From Candidatus Vogelbacteria bacterium (lineage in GTDB: Bacteria; Patescibacteriota; Minisyncoccia; Phycocordibacterales; JACOZG01), in assembly GCA_016181465.1 (NCBI GenBank), contig JACOZG010000041.1:1-51267 (forward strand): 51,267 bases of DNA, written 5' to 3'. Shown here piece after piece: positions 1 through 10,014 of the stretch. Position 1 is the first letter of the stretch, and each line of letters starts with the position of its first letter. Position numbers and translations under genes: made by a program. The notes beneath the pieces are model-generated. The model ran no database searches, had not been told where the DNA came from, and saw only the letters and a program-made list of their open reading frames with translations.

Positions 1-2
1 CC

Positions 3-2051
3 TCCGAAGCCGGAAACCTTCTGGAGCGGGAAAAACAGGAAAGAGAAAATGAATTGTCGGTCTTGAAAAAACAAATACTGGTTGGCGCGATTCTCTCGGT
101 GATAATTTTCCTCGGCAGTTTTCCCCAGTGGTTTGCGTTTGTCCCCGAAATTCTAAACGATTATTTTGTCTTGTTCGCCTTGACGACGCCGGTTCAATTC
201 TGGGTGGGCTGGAGATTTTACAGCGGCTTGAAAATTCTTTTCAAATACCGAACGGCGGATATGAATACTTTGATTGCCGTGGGCACCTTAGCCGCTTACA
301 CCTACAGCGCCGCGGTAACTTTTTGGGGTGAATTTTTCAGCCGCGGCGGCGTGGAACCGAAAATTTATTTTGACACCTCGGCCATTATCATCACTTTGAT
401 CCTGCTTGGCCGGTATCTTGAACTTCTGGCCAAAGGCCGGGCCAGTGAAGCGATCAAAAAATTGATGAAACTTTCGGCCAAAACCGCGCGCGTCTGGCGC
501 GACCCCGCAGGACAAGCCAACGGGGCAAGCGGCCAAGAACAAGAAATCCCGATTGAAGAAGTAAAAGTCGGCGACATTATTATTGTCCGGCCGGGAGAAA
601 AAATTCCGGTTGACGGCGAGGTTCTTGACGGACATTCGCAGGTGGACGAATCAATCGTGACCGGCGAGAGTCTGCCGGTGACCAAAGGGCCGGGATCAAA
701 AGTGATCGGCGCCGCCATCAATCAAACCGGCTCTTTCAAATTTAGAGCGGAAAAAGTCGGCCAAGAAACGGTGCTGGCGCAAATTATTAAAATGGTTGAG
801 CAAGCTCAAGGATCAAAAGCGCCGATTCAACGTCTGGCCGACATAATTTCCAGCTATTTTGTCCCGGCGGTAATCGGCGCGGCGATTTTGACTTTTATTA
901 TCTGGCTAATCTTTGGTCCGGCGCCGGCGCTCACCTTTGCTCTGGTCAATTTTGTCGCGGTGCTGATCATTGCCTGCCCTTGCGCCTTGGGACTCGCCAC
1001 GCCAATGGCCATGATGGTGGGTATCGGCCAAGGCGCGAGAAGGGGGATTTTAATCAAAGAGGCGGCGGCGCTGGAAACGGCGCATAAAACTGGAGCCGTG
1101 ATTTTAGACAAAACCGGGACCTTGACTCAAGGTAAACCGGCGGTAACGAATATCTGGCCGGTCGCCGATCAAACTAACGATCAAATTCTAAAAGTGGCCG
1201 CCAGTTTGGAACAACGGTCCGAACATTCTTTGGCTAAAGCAATCATTGAAAAAGCTCGAGAGGAAAAATTTGTTCTGTTCGAGATTTCTGATTTTGAAGC
1301 CATCCCGGGGAAAGGCATCAAGGGCAATCTTTTAATCAATAACCAAAAGACCCCGGCGGCTTTAGGCAATCGCGAGCTGATGAAAGCGTTGGGTTTAGAT
1401 GAAGGAAAACTGGAACCGAAAATTCAAGAGCTTGAGAGCGAAGGAAAAACCGTGATGATTTTGGTTCAAGGCAATCAAATTTCCGGCTTGATCGCCGTGG
1501 CTGATATTTTAAAACCGGAGACAAAACCGGCGATCGAGAAACTCAAACAAGCCGGTTTGGAAATCTGGCTGATTACCGGCGATAACGAGAGAACCGCCAT
1601 AACCATTGGCAAACAAGTCGGGATAGAAAATATTATGGCGCAGGTTTTGCCGCAAAATAAAGCCGCCAAAGTTCAAGCCTTGCAAAAGCGGGGCAAGAAA
1701 GTGGTCATGGTCGGCGACGGCATCAATGACGCGCCGGCTTTGGCGGCGGCAGACCTGGGAATCGCCATGGGCGAGGGCACCGATGTGGCGATGGAATCGG
1801 CCGGCGTGACGCTCTTGCGCGGCGACCTCAATCTGATACCCGAACTCTTTAATTTGTCGCGGCGGACTCTGCGCATCGTCAAGCAAAACCTGTTTTGGGC
1901 GTTTTTCTACAATACCGCTTTTATTCCGGTGGCCGCCGGCGTCTTGTACCCGTTTTCCGGCGTCTTGCTCAATCCGATTTTCGCCGCCGCGGCCATGGCC
2001 TTTTCTTCCTTATCAGTCGTGCTCAATTCTTTACGTTTGAAACGTGAATGA
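3..2051 (+). CDS. copA: Cu(I)-type heavy-metal P1B ATPase, 5' end cut by window edge
   Basis: ORF track gives 54..2051, but the frame stays open back to nt 3, so the N-terminus is probably outside the window. Motifs read directly: TGES (VTGESLPV), CPC ([11 protein letters not shown]), [15 protein letters not shown]. Confidence 0.9.
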   Translation, partial: SEAGNLLEREKQERENELSVLKKQILVGAILSVIIFLGSFPQWFAFVPEILNDYFVLFALTTPVQFWVGWRFYSGLKILFKYRTADMNTLIAVGTLAAYTYSAAVTFWGEFFSRGGVEPKIYFDTSAIIITLILLGRYLELLAKGRASEAIKKLMKLSAKTARVWRDPAGQANGASGQEQEIPIEEVKVGDIIIVRPGEKIPVDGEVLDGHSQVDESIVTGESLPVTKGPGSKVIGAAINQTGSFKFRAEKVGQETVLAQIIKMVEQAQGSKAPIQRLADIISSYFVPAVIGAAILTFIIWLIFGPAPALTFALVNFVAVLIIACPCALGLATPMAMMVGIGQGARRGILIKEAAALETAHKTGAVILDKTGTLTQGKPAVTNIWPVADQTNDQILKVAASLEQRSEHSLAKAIIEKAREEKFVLFEISDFEAIPGKGIKGNLLINNQKTPAALGNRELMKALGLDEGKLEPKIQELESEGKTVMILVQGNQISGLIAVADILKPETKPAIEKLKQAGLEIWLITGDNERTAITIGKQVGIENIMAQVLPQNKAAKVQALQKRGKKVVMVGDGINDAPALAAADLGIAMGEGTDVAMESAGVTLLRGDLNLIPELFNLSRRTLRIVKQNLFWAFFYNTAFIPVAAGVLYPFSGVLLNPIFAAAAMAFSSLSVVLNSLRLKRE

Positions 2052-2063
2052 AGTAAAATACAA

Positions 2064-3329
2064 ATGATTACGAACCAAACAAAAACTAGAGCGCTCGTTG
2101 TCGGCGCCGGGTTCGGCGGCGTGGCCGCGGCGCTCACTCTGACGAAAGCCAAATCGTCAGCACTCGAGATCACTTTAATCTCCAACAAACCGCACTTCGA
2201 GTATTATCCGGCGCTCTACCGCGTGGTCACCGGCCGGTCGCCGCTCGAGGTCTGCATTCCGCTCTCGGCCATCTTCCACGGCAGCAAGATCGAAGTGGTG
2301 ATTGATGAAATTACGACTCTGGATCCAGGGACGCAAACCGCCGCCGGCCTCTCGGGCCGGCGCTATGGCTACGACTACGCGATTCTGGCTTTGGGTTCTG
2401 AAACTGCTTACTTTGATATTCCCGGGCTTCGTGAATTTTCTTTTGGCTTCAAATCTATTCAAGAGGCCTCACGGTTAGAAAAACACCTCCAAGCACTCTT
2501 CAAGAATTGCGCTGGCGGTGAGACCACGCAAGAAGATAAGGTCTGCCTCTTACATTTCGTGATCGTTGGCGCCGGACCGAGCGGGGTGGAGCTGGCCGGA
2601 GAATTAGCCGGCTACCTCAAGCAACTGGCCCGGCACTATCGCGTGGCAGAGAACTTGATCACCATTGACCTCTTTGAAGGCGCCGGGCGCATCCTGCCGG
2701 CCCTGCCGGAAGCCGTCGCCCGGCGCGCCAGCCGCCGGCTCCGCGCGCTCGGCGTCAATATCTTCGTCAACCGACCGCTCGTCAGCGAAGAAGCGGAAAA
2801 GATTATGGTGCGCGGCCTCTCGGCCAAAACGGAAACCGTCATTTGGACCGCCGGCATCAAACCAAACTCATTTTTCCAGAAAATCCCCGGACTGACTTTT
2901 GATCAGCGCGGACGAGTCATCGTTGATGAATATCTGCGGGCCAAAAACCAAGAACGAATCTTTGTCATCGGTGACGGCGCGGCCACCCCTTACACCGGTC
3001 TGGCTCAAACCGCGATTTATGACGGCCGGGCGGCGGCGGTAAACATCAGCCGGCTCGCGCGCGGCCTTAAACCATTGGCCTATCAGCCAAAACCGCCATC
3101 TCACGCCATCCCCATCGGCCGCGGCTGGGGCCTGGCGGTCCTGGGGACTGTCATTATCTCGGGCCGGTTCGGCTGGCTTATCCGCCGCGCCGCCGACCTC
3201 CGCTACTTCTTGTCCATCCTCCCGGTCCGGAAAGCTCTGCTGGCCTTCCGACCGGGCAAGAAAATTTGCCGAGATTGTCCGATCTGCGGTAAAATTAAAA
3301 TTATTAAAAAAGAAGAAAAAACTATATGA
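2064..3329 (+). CDS. ndh: Type II NADH:quinone oxidoreductase-like FAD-dependent pyridine nucleotide-disulfide oxidoreductase
   Basis: 421-aa ORF with two Rossmann GxGxxG motifs (VVGAGFGGV at the N-terminus, IVGAGPSGVELAGE mid-protein). Starts 12 nt after the copA stop. Confidence 0.75.
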   Translation: MITNQTKTRALVVGAGFGGVAAALTLTKAKSSALEITLISNKPHFEYYPALYRVVTGRSPLEVCIPLSAIFHGSKIEVVIDEITTLDPGTQTAAGLSGRRYGYDYAILALGSETAYFDIPGLREFSFGFKSIQEASRLEKHLQALFKNCAGGETTQEDKVCLLHFVIVGAGPSGVELAGELAGYLKQLARHYRVAENLITIDLFEGAGRILPALPEAVARRASRRLRALGVNIFVNRPLVSEEAEKIMVRGLSAKTETVIWTAGIKPNSFFQKIPGLTFDQRGRVIVDEYLRAKNQERIFVIGDGAATPYTGLAQTAIYDGRAAAVNISRLARGLKPLAYQPKPPSHAIPIGRGWGLAVLGTVIISGRFGWLIRRAADLRYFLSILPVRKALLAFRPGKKICRDCPICGKIKIIKKEEKTI

Positions 3330-3961
3330 AAATCGCTCAATGGTGTTTGGTTTTTGTTCTCTTGTTTGTGTTTGCCGGCCTCTCTGTCGCTGACGCGCAC
3401 GCGGAAGACGTAACGGGAATCGCGCCTGGACGAGAAGACCACACTGCCGCGGAAGAAGCCGCCGGCCAGATCGTCTGGCAAAAATTGCAGACCAAAGAAA
3501 CGAATTGCGCTCAATTGGCCGAAAATGATTTCGCCGCGCTCGGCGAATACTTCATGGGGCTAATGCTTGCCCCGTCCGGAACCGAAGGTTCTCGTACGGG
3601 GATGGGTACGAGTCACGGCTTAATGAATCAAATGATTACCCAGATGCACGGCGAAGAAGGCGAGGAAGCGATGCATGTGGCGCTCGGCAAGCGGTTGAGC
3701 GGCTGCGACCCGAACGCCGCTTTCGCGCCCGGCGCGTTCGGCTCTATGCCGATGATGAATATGGGCTTTGGAATGTGGGGGTCGGGTAACGGAATGATGG
3801 GTTACGGCCCGGGCCGTTTCGGTAATTTCGGCGGCGGTTGGAATTTTGGTTTGGGCGGCACTCTCTTCATGATCCTCTGGTGGACCATCCTCATCGCCGG
3901 CGTCATCACCATCGTCAAATGGCTCGCGGCACTCTTTAAGGGCAAAAACAGTGACCACTAA
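3326..3961 (+). CDS. Hypothetical secreted/membrane protein, His/Met-rich and Met/Gly-rich
   Basis: 211-aa ORF overlapping the ndh stop by 4 nt. Has an N-terminal hydrophobic signal-like segment, MNQMITQMHGEEGEEAMH, the low-complexity stretch MPMMNMGFGMWGSGNGMMGYGPG, and a C-terminal TM helix. No family recognised. Confidence 0.6.
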   Translation: MKIAQWCLVFVLLFVFAGLSVADAHAEDVTGIAPGREDHTAAEEAAGQIVWQKLQTKETNCAQLAENDFAALGEYFMGLMLAPSGTEGSRTGMGTSHGLMNQMITQMHGEEGEEAMHVALGKRLSGCDPNAAFAPGAFGSMPMMNMGFGMWGSGNGMMGYGPGRFGNFGGGWNFGLGGTLFMILWWTILIAGVITIVKWLAALFKGKNSDH

Positions 3962-3968
3962 CCTGTAA

Positions 3969-4337
3969 TTAAAATAAATCTGTAATTCTCGAACGCGCCA
4001 ACTGATTCATTTCTATTTCATTGTAGTTGTCAACATGAGTTGAAATGCATAAAGAAACAATGATTGCGCCTTTCACGGCAAACCACATTCTTGGATATTG
4101 GTTTGGACGCAAGCCAGAATCCGGTATTACAAGCTCAATTTTCCACATGGTCCAAACATCGTTTTGTGTTATACGATGAATTTTGGCAGGCGCAATAACT
4201 TGCCTCGGATTTGTTGGATGAAACTGCACTTCGCATAAAAGCTCGAACGCGCTTAAACCATCACGAATACGACGAAATCGCCGCTCGAGGGCGGCGATTT
4301 CTTTTTGAATGCCGTCGTGATACAGAAACTCGATCAT
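3969..4337 (-). CDS. Candidate toxin partner of the Panacea-domain antitoxin (family not recognised)
   Basis: 122-aa ORF whose start overlaps the stop of the upstream DUF4065-like ORF by 4 nt (ATGA). AT-rich. The C-terminal part (PRMWFAVKGAIIVSLCISTH) is vaguely RelE/ParE-like. Confidence 0.5.
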   Translation of the reverse strand: MIEFLYHDGIQKEIAALERRFRRIRDGLSAFELLCEVQFHPTNPRQVIAPAKIHRITQNDVWTMWKIELVIPDSGLRPNQYPRMWFAVKGAIIVSLCISTHVDNYNEIEMNQLARSRITDLF

Positions 4338-4828
4338 AAATCATTAAAATCTGTACCGCGATAAAAGGATAATTCATAAGGTATCGTCTTACGCAATTCA
4401 GTCCCGACAAAAGGAGCTTCGGCGTGAGACAATTCTTCTAATTGTTTACCGTTCAGATGACCATATTTGGTTGTAACGCGGTCAAGCATCGCCTTCTCTT
4501 CTTCATCAAAAGCAGAAATATCTGGTTCTGCAATACAGCGATAGATTTCCGTTGCATTATAATCATCGCGCTCTTTAACATTCTCAACAGTAAGCAATTT
4601 CTTTTTGGTCATTTCTACAGTAACTAATTCAAGTGTTGAAGGAAATGGTCCCATCGGGATAGCTTTGTATACATCTCCTGTTAGTGATTTTTGTCTTTTT
4701 TCATACAAATCAAAATCGGCGAAATAAAGCAATTTCGCCAGCTTTTTCTTACCGCGCACTTCGCCACCTAGTTTCCGACATAAGTATAGAACGGCATTCT
4801 GGTACTTTTTCCGATTTAGAACAACCAT
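4334..4828 (-). CDS. SocA/DUF4065 (Panacea-domain) antitoxin-like protein
   Basis: 164-aa ORF. The N-terminal segment KKLAKLLYFADFDLY...AIPMGPFP matches the DUF4065/SocA pattern as I recall it. Translationally coupled to the 122-aa ORF. Confidence 0.65.
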   Translation of the reverse strand: MVVLNRKKYQNAVLYLCRKLGGEVRGKKKLAKLLYFADFDLYEKRQKSLTGDVYKAIPMGPFPSTLELVTVEMTKKKLLTVENVKERDDYNATEIYRCIAEPDISAFDEEEKAMLDRVTTKYGHLNGKQLEELSHAEAPFVGTELRKTIPYELSFYRGTDFNDL

Positions 4829-4975
4829 ATTTACTTAACAATACCAGAACCGACGAAGAAGGACAAATACACACCTTGCGGCAAGGAGAGTCCTTGCCGA
4901 TAGCAACAGATTTCGGATTCTGAAAAATTTCAATCGTCTCCAACCATTAAGGACTCTTCTTGATAATTAGACACG

Positions 4976-5014
4976 AACTGACGACTAAATGCGATCGCTG
5001 ATAACTGTCAGTTC
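4976..5014 (-). repeat. Dispersed 39-nt repeat, copy 1 (inverted relative to copy at 30653..30691)
   Basis: The reverse complement gaactgacagttatcagcgatcgcatttagtcgtcagtt matches 30653..30691 at 35 of 39 nt. Weaker similarity continues for about 25 nt further. Confidence 0.7.
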
Positions 5015-5219
5015 AAATTCAATCAAATCGTTATGTTCGTGTTCGACGTCAGACGTCCAACAATTTCACGTCCAATCAATCGCGCCGCCGACCCGCCGGA
5101 TTTCTTCTTGCATCGTAATAACGCTAGAGTTAACCCTTTCACTAAATCCAAAACCTAGCTTTCTCAAAATCTGGCTTGAATTGAAAACAAATTGCCGGAA
5201 CATGATTTTTGTCATCTTA

Positions 5220-5552
5220 CTAAATTTTTGTTTTTTTGTCACCAAATGTACTAACCAACTGGAGTAAACCGCCAGCCAATAACAAACTTATGCCCCCATA
5301 ATAATACCCAGTAGTAATTTCGGTATGCGACGGACTAATCCCAGATTCAATGACTTTTCCATCAGTAATTGCTTTGCCAAAACTAGTTGAGCTGGTAACA
5401 ATACCGCCACCCGGTAGATTTATTTGCGGTTGAATATTATCTATTCTTATAGCTTTAAAAAGTAAGATGCTGGAAATCACGAAGCAGATTAATCCTATTC
5501 TGTTTAGCCATATTTTTATATTCCACCAGCTTAAAGATGATTGCGAGTTCAT
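5220..5552 (-). CDS. Hypothetical two-TM membrane protein
   Basis: 110-aa ORF 16 nt downstream of the RM gene on the same strand. Has hydrophobic segments near both ends. AT-rich like its neighbours. Confidence 0.5.
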   Translation of the reverse strand: MNSQSSLSWWNIKIWLNRIGLICFVISSILLFKAIRIDNIQPQINLPGGGIVTSSTSFGKAITDGKVIESGISPSHTEITTGYYYGGISLLLAGGLLQLVSTFGDKKTKI

Positions 5553-5567
5553 ATGTAGTATGAAGGT

Positions 5568-8246
5568 TTATAAAGTTATCGCACCTTCAATAATCTTAAT
5601 TTCTTCCTCTTTCAGTCCATAAAGTTTGTAAACCTCGGCATCAATTTTTTTGTCGGTTGATTCAATCTCTTCCTTAAGTTTATGCCACTCGTTTGAATTT
5701 TTCTCTGTTTCGGAAAGTTTTTTGTTAAGCTCGATCATTTTTTTCGCAAGGTGGGAAATTTCTTTTATCTGTTTTGGTGTGCCAATAACGAAAGGCAAAT
5801 CTCTCAAGTATTTCAATTTAACCTGCGGAAAAACTTTGCCAGTTTCTAAGACTTTTTGTCGATATAAATAATCAATAAATCTGGAGTTAAAAATTGCTAG
5901 CGCGTATTCGTAAGTTATTCTATTTTTAAACTCATCTCTAATAAGAGCAGCGTGGATCGTCTTGCCGAAATATGCAGGGAAATTCATTAAGGCCGCGTGT
6001 AAAGTATCTGCTGTTTGCCTCCAAATGATTTTTATCGGAGCATCAAAAACATCTTTAGAAAAATGCACCCACTCTCCTTGGTTTACTACTGATTTATAAT
6101 CATTGCGGAAAAAAGATTTCACTTTATGATTAATTAACCAACCGCCTCTTTGTATATTAGAACCAGTATAAAAAGGGATTTTGTGGTTGTTGTCTTCATT
6201 TTCACTAAAAATTCTCTTGGGTAAATCGCTTTTACCCTTACCAGACTTACCCGCACCAACAGATGCATATTGAATACCGGCATCTTTCAACAAAAACACT
6301 TCATCGAAAGTCAATCCGGTGTCCTTTGAAACCACGGCCTGGACCGTATACGGTTCATCAGACCAGACGGCAACAAGAAGTAGACCACGATCAATTTTTG
6401 TTAGATCTCTGACTAGATGCTGGTTACTTTCTATCTTCCTTAAAATGATCATGCAAGAAGGTAATTGAACGTTAATAAATATCTTTTCACCCAGATTAAT
6501 AACGGAATAATCGTATTGATCAACCATATCTTTAATATCTTGATAACGTGGTTGATAAAGAAAAGTGTTCGGCAACACAAAACCGAGTACACCACCATCT
6601 TTCAGTAGCGAGAGCGATCTATCAATGAAAATCTTGTAAATATCTTTGTATGATCTTGTTGAGTCGGGATATTTTTCACCAAAATATGCAACATCCTTAT
6701 CAATGTCCGCCCCCCATGGCGGATTGCCAACAATTACATCAAAACCGCCTTGGGTAAAAACCTCCGGAAATTGCTCCGACCAATTAAATGGTTTTTTATC
6801 TCCAAAATTTTTACCGAAATATTTGGTTAATTCTTCATCGGTGCCAGAAATAAGCGAGTTTCCGTTTTTAATATTCTTATTCAAATAAGGCAGACGCATC
6901 CGCTCATCAAGCGCGTTGACCAGCAAATTCAATCGCGCAATCTCAACCGCTTGCTGGTCTAGATCAACGCCGTAAATATTTTCCGTTAAAATCTGCAGTT
7001 TATTAAAAGCGTCACCGCGAGAACCGAAATCTCTGTATTTTTCATTTATGACCTCCAGGGCTTTGACGAGAAAAGAGCCAGAACCGCAAGCCGGATCAAG
7101 CACTTTTATCTTCTTTAAATCATTAATGCTCCGGCATTTTCCCAAAACTGGTTTCAGCGCGTTATTGACGATATAATCAACGATGAAAGTCGGCGTGTAG
7201 TAGATACCCTCCTCCTTTTTCTTTCGGGCGTCTTTAGATACAGTGATTTTTTTCTTTGACTTAGCCAAGCGATGACTTAAATAACTCTCATAGACACCGC
7301 CCAAAACATCCGCCGGCATAACCTTAAAATCGTACTCGTAATAGCCCTTTTTGCCGTAGAGAATCTTTATCACTTCCTTTAGGGCGTCGTCATGTTCTTC
7401 CCACTGCTCTGACGGATGAAACGAAAAAAGATTAGAATTGTATATCTCATCCAGCTCTCTAAACTTCTTGATCATTGACTGGTAAAGCGGTTCTTTGGTC
7501 TTGCTCGATTCCCATTCATTGACTAAGCGATTCAGTAGCGGCGGCTCGACTCTTCGATCTTCAGCCACCCTGATAAAAATCAAGCGATCCAAGATTCTTT
7601 GTACTCCCTCATCTAACAAGTCAGGGGCAACCTTCTTGTTCCAAGTATTAAACGAGGCAGTGAGCAAATCTCGGCATTTCTTTAAATCCTCGTAGAGTTT
7701 AAAACTGACGATCGACAATTTTTGAAGTTTCTTTCCATGTTCCTCGGCATATTTGTCCAGTAAATTTTTCTCGAATGACTCTTTGGACAATAATTGAAGC
7801 TGTTCGAATCTTTCGATGTATTGATGATAGGGTATCTCAAAAATCAGTTTGTCGCCTAACGGCTTCCCTATCTCTTGAGAATTAAAAAGTTTCAAACTCT
7901 CAAAATCCGTTAAGACCGCGTAAGTGACGCCCCGGTTCCAAGAATAGCGAATGGCTTGATGGGCAAATTCACTGTGGTGCAAATCCGCGCTTAATTTCTT
8001 TGATTCGAGATAGAACTTTGGCCGATTATTGAGATAAAAACCGTAATCCACACGACCAGCCGAGGTGATTTTTTCTTCCGCCGACACCTCTTGTTTGTTC
8101 TCAATATCCCAACCTAAAACCGCAAAAAGAGGCAAGATGAAATCTTTTTTAGTTTCTTCTTCGGTATAGCGTCTTAGACCGCCGCTCTGTTTAACTTTTT
8201 GATATTTGTCTACGAGTGATTGAATTTGAGTTTTGGCATTGTTCAT
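5568..8246 (-). CDS. Type IIG (fused endonuclease / N6-adenine methyltransferase / specificity) restriction-modification enzyme
   Basis: 892-aa ORF. N-terminal PD-(D/E)xK-like motif (GRVDYGFYLNNRPKFYLESKK), SAM-binding motif I (DPACGSGSFL), and gamma-class catalytic motif IV (VGNPPWG). The long C-terminal region is presumably the target-recognition domain. Confidence 0.75.
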   Translation of the reverse strand: MNNAKTQIQSLVDKYQKVKQSGGLRRYTEEETKKDFILPLFAVLGWDIENKQEVSAEEKITSAGRVDYGFYLNNRPKFYLESKKLSADLHHSEFAHQAIRYSWNRGVTYAVLTDFESLKLFNSQEIGKPLGDKLIFEIPYHQYIERFEQLQLLSKESFEKNLLDKYAEEHGKKLQKLSIVSFKLYEDLKKCRDLLTASFNTWNKKVAPDLLDEGVQRILDRLIFIRVAEDRRVEPPLLNRLVNEWESSKTKEPLYQSMIKKFRELDEIYNSNLFSFHPSEQWEEHDDALKEVIKILYGKKGYYEYDFKVMPADVLGGVYESYLSHRLAKSKKKITVSKDARKKKEEGIYYTPTFIVDYIVNNALKPVLGKCRSINDLKKIKVLDPACGSGSFLVKALEVINEKYRDFGSRGDAFNKLQILTENIYGVDLDQQAVEIARLNLLVNALDERMRLPYLNKNIKNGNSLISGTDEELTKYFGKNFGDKKPFNWSEQFPEVFTQGGFDVIVGNPPWGADIDKDVAYFGEKYPDSTRSYKDIYKIFIDRSLSLLKDGGVLGFVLPNTFLYQPRYQDIKDMVDQYDYSVINLGEKIFINVQLPSCMIILRKIESNQHLVRDLTKIDRGLLLVAVWSDEPYTVQAVVSKDTGLTFDEVFLLKDAGIQYASVGAGKSGKGKSDLPKRIFSENEDNNHKIPFYTGSNIQRGGWLINHKVKSFFRNDYKSVVNQGEWVHFSKDVFDAPIKIIWRQTADTLHAALMNFPAYFGKTIHAALIRDEFKNRITYEYALAIFNSRFIDYLYRQKVLETGKVFPQVKLKYLRDLPFVIGTPKQIKEISHLAKKMIELNKKLSETEKNSNEWHKLKEEIESTDKKIDAEVYKLYGLKEEEIKIIEGAITL

Positions 8247-8298
8247 CTTCCGAAATCTAACACAAATTTATGGTTAAACCAAGCCACCCCGCACCACT

Positions 8299-8853
8299 TT
8301 GACTTTTATTCGGCAATCGGCTATCATCAATCCTACCCAGTTGAAAGAAAGAATTAGAATCAATCATTTTATTAAGGCGCCCAGCTTGCGCCTGATTGAT
8401 GAGACAGGAGAAAATCTGGGTATTTTCTCTTTAACCGAAGCCCTGGCGAAAGCCGAGAGCGCCGGGGTGGACTTGATTGAAGTTTCCCCCGCCGCTAATC
8501 CGCCGGTAGCGAAATTGATGGATTTCGGCAAATTCCAGTATCTGGAAAACAAGAAGCTGCGCCAGCAACGGGCCAAATCCCACCCGACCGAAACCAAATC
8601 TATCCAATTAAAAATCGGCACCGGCGACCACGATCTGGAAATCAAAGCCGGCAAGGTGTCGGAATTTCTGGCCGCCGGCCACCGCGTCAGAATTGAGCTT
8701 TACCTCCGCGGCCGGGCCAAATATTTTGATCAGCAATTTCTCCGGACGCGGCTGGAACGATTGCTCAAATTCATCAGCGTGGATTTCCGCCGGGCCGGCG
8801 AACCGGAAAAAAGCGCCAAGGGGATCTCCGTGATCATCGAACGAGCCAAGTGA
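8299..8853 (+). CDS. infC: Translation initiation factor IF-3
   Basis: INHFIKAPSLRLIDETGENLGIF...AGVDLIEVSP plus a C-terminal domain. Followed by rpmI-rplT as in the canonical operon. The true start is uncertain (the track uses TTG, and IF-3 genes often use atypical starts). Confidence 0.85.
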   Translation: MTFIRQSAIINPTQLKERIRINHFIKAPSLRLIDETGENLGIFSLTEALAKAESAGVDLIEVSPAANPPVAKLMDFGKFQYLENKKLRQQRAKSHPTETKSIQLKIGTGDHDLEIKAGKVSEFLAAGHRVRIELYLRGRAKYFDQQFLRTRLERLLKFISVDFRRAGEPEKSAKGISVIIERAK

Positions 8854-8879
8854 GCAATCGCAATTAATCAACAAGTTTA

Positions 8880-9065
8880 ATGAAAACGAACAAATCGCTC
8901 CTGAAGCGAGTGAAAATCACCCGGCGCGGCAAAGTGCTGGCCCGCCAAAGCGGGCAAAATCATTTTCGGGCTAAGGCCCGCCGCGCCAAACAGCTAAACC
9001 AAAAAAAGCTGGTGGCTTTTACCCTAAAAAATAAAATCCTGCGCCGGTATTTATCGAGCTATTAA
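8880..9065 (+). CDS. rpmI: 50S ribosomal protein L35
   Basis: 61-aa basic ORF (MKTNKSLLKRVKITRRGKV...) between infC and rplT. Confidence 0.9.
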   Translation: MKTNKSLLKRVKITRRGKVLARQSGQNHFRAKARRAKQLNQKKLVAFTLKNKILRRYLSSY

Positions 9066-9076
9066 TTTTTCCAAAC

Positions 9077-9445
9077 ATGCCGAGAGTTAAACGAGGAACA
9101 ACCAGTTTGAAACGCCGCCGGAAAATCTTGCGCCGGGCCAAGGGCTTCCGCTTCGGCCGAAGCAAGAAAGAGCGCGCCGCGCGCGAGGCCTTGCTCCATG
9201 CCGGCGCCTACGCCCTCGCCCACCGCCGCGACAAGAAAGGCGACTTTCGCCGGCTCTGGCAAATCAAAATCAATGCCGCTGTCCGGCTTGCCTCGCCTCA
9301 AGGCGGGCCGCTCGGGCTCTCTTACAGCCGCTTCATCAATTTGCTGAAACAAAATAAAATCGAGCTCGATCGAAAAATTCTCGCCGATCTGGCCGAACAC
9401 GAGCCGGCTGTTTTTGCTAAAATTGTTGAAGCGGTCAAAACTTAA
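9077..9445 (+). CDS. rplT: 50S ribosomal protein L20
   Basis: MPRVKRGTTSLKRRRKILRRAKGFRFGRS is a typical L20 N-terminus. Confidence 0.95.
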   Translation: MPRVKRGTTSLKRRRKILRRAKGFRFGRSKKERAAREALLHAGAYALAHRRDKKGDFRRLWQIKINAAVRLASPQGGPLGLSYSRFINLLKQNKIELDRKILADLAEHEPAVFAKIVEAVKT

Positions 9446-10011
9446 TGGCTGGTCTTATCAGTTTCAATCATCGCGATCAGTCGCGAGACAAGTTGTTTAG
9501 GTTCTGAATCAAAAATCACTTTCGGGTTCGGCCGCTGGCCCTTCGCCATAATGTCGCGGATCAGTTCAGCCGTCGGCCAATCGCCTTCTAAAACGCCGAT
9601 CGGCTTGCCGTCTTCAAAAGCAATGGTGAACTCATTGATCGTGCCCACTCGGCCGCAACCGATGAAAACGCCGTCAGAAGCGCGGGTCAGCAAGAGATTA
9701 CGGCCGGAATAGCCAAAACCAGTGTAAATAATCAAATCCAGATAATCCACCGGCAAACCATACTGCTCGAGGTGTTCTTTTTCGCTCGCGGCCGGCGACA
9801 TACCAAGCGAGATGCCGCCGGCTTCTTTCGCGCCCATGGCCGCCCAAAGCGGGAAACCGGTCGTAGCGCCGGTAACGAGCACCGCGTCCTGGGCCACAAT
9901 TTCGCGGCCCAGGGCCTTGGCCAATTCCATCGCCCGTTCGCCGCAGTGACCGGTTTCGGCCGCGCCCGAGACGCAAAGTTTCAACTTAGAATGTCCGTGT
10001 TTAGTCATCAA
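9442..10011 (-). CDS. TIGR00725/LOG-like (SLOG) Rossmann-fold protein
   Basis: 189-aa ORF. KLCVSGAAETG...VLVTGATTGFPLWAAMGAKEAGG resembles the LOG/DprA-like nucleotide-binding family. Confidence 0.55.
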   Translation of the reverse strand: MMTKHGHSKLKLCVSGAAETGHCGERAMELAKALGREIVAQDAVLVTGATTGFPLWAAMGAKEAGGISLGMSPAASEKEHLEQYGLPVDYLDLIIYTGFGYSGRNLLLTRASDGVFIGCGRVGTINEFTIAFEDGKPIGVLEGDWPTAELIRDIMAKGQRPNPKVIFDSEPKQLVSRLIAMIETDKTSH

Positions 10012-10014
10012 ACT

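Noticed and set aside
4988-5215. Possible HicA-like small ORF (MTKIMFRQFVFNSSQILRKLGFGFSERVNSSVITMQEE...) interrupted by an in-frame TGA at 5066..5068
   Set aside because: Only a short LRKLGFxF segment resembles HicA. The catalytic G-S-H and P-x-H parts are absent and there is no partner gene. Too weak to call, though it could be a decayed remnant.
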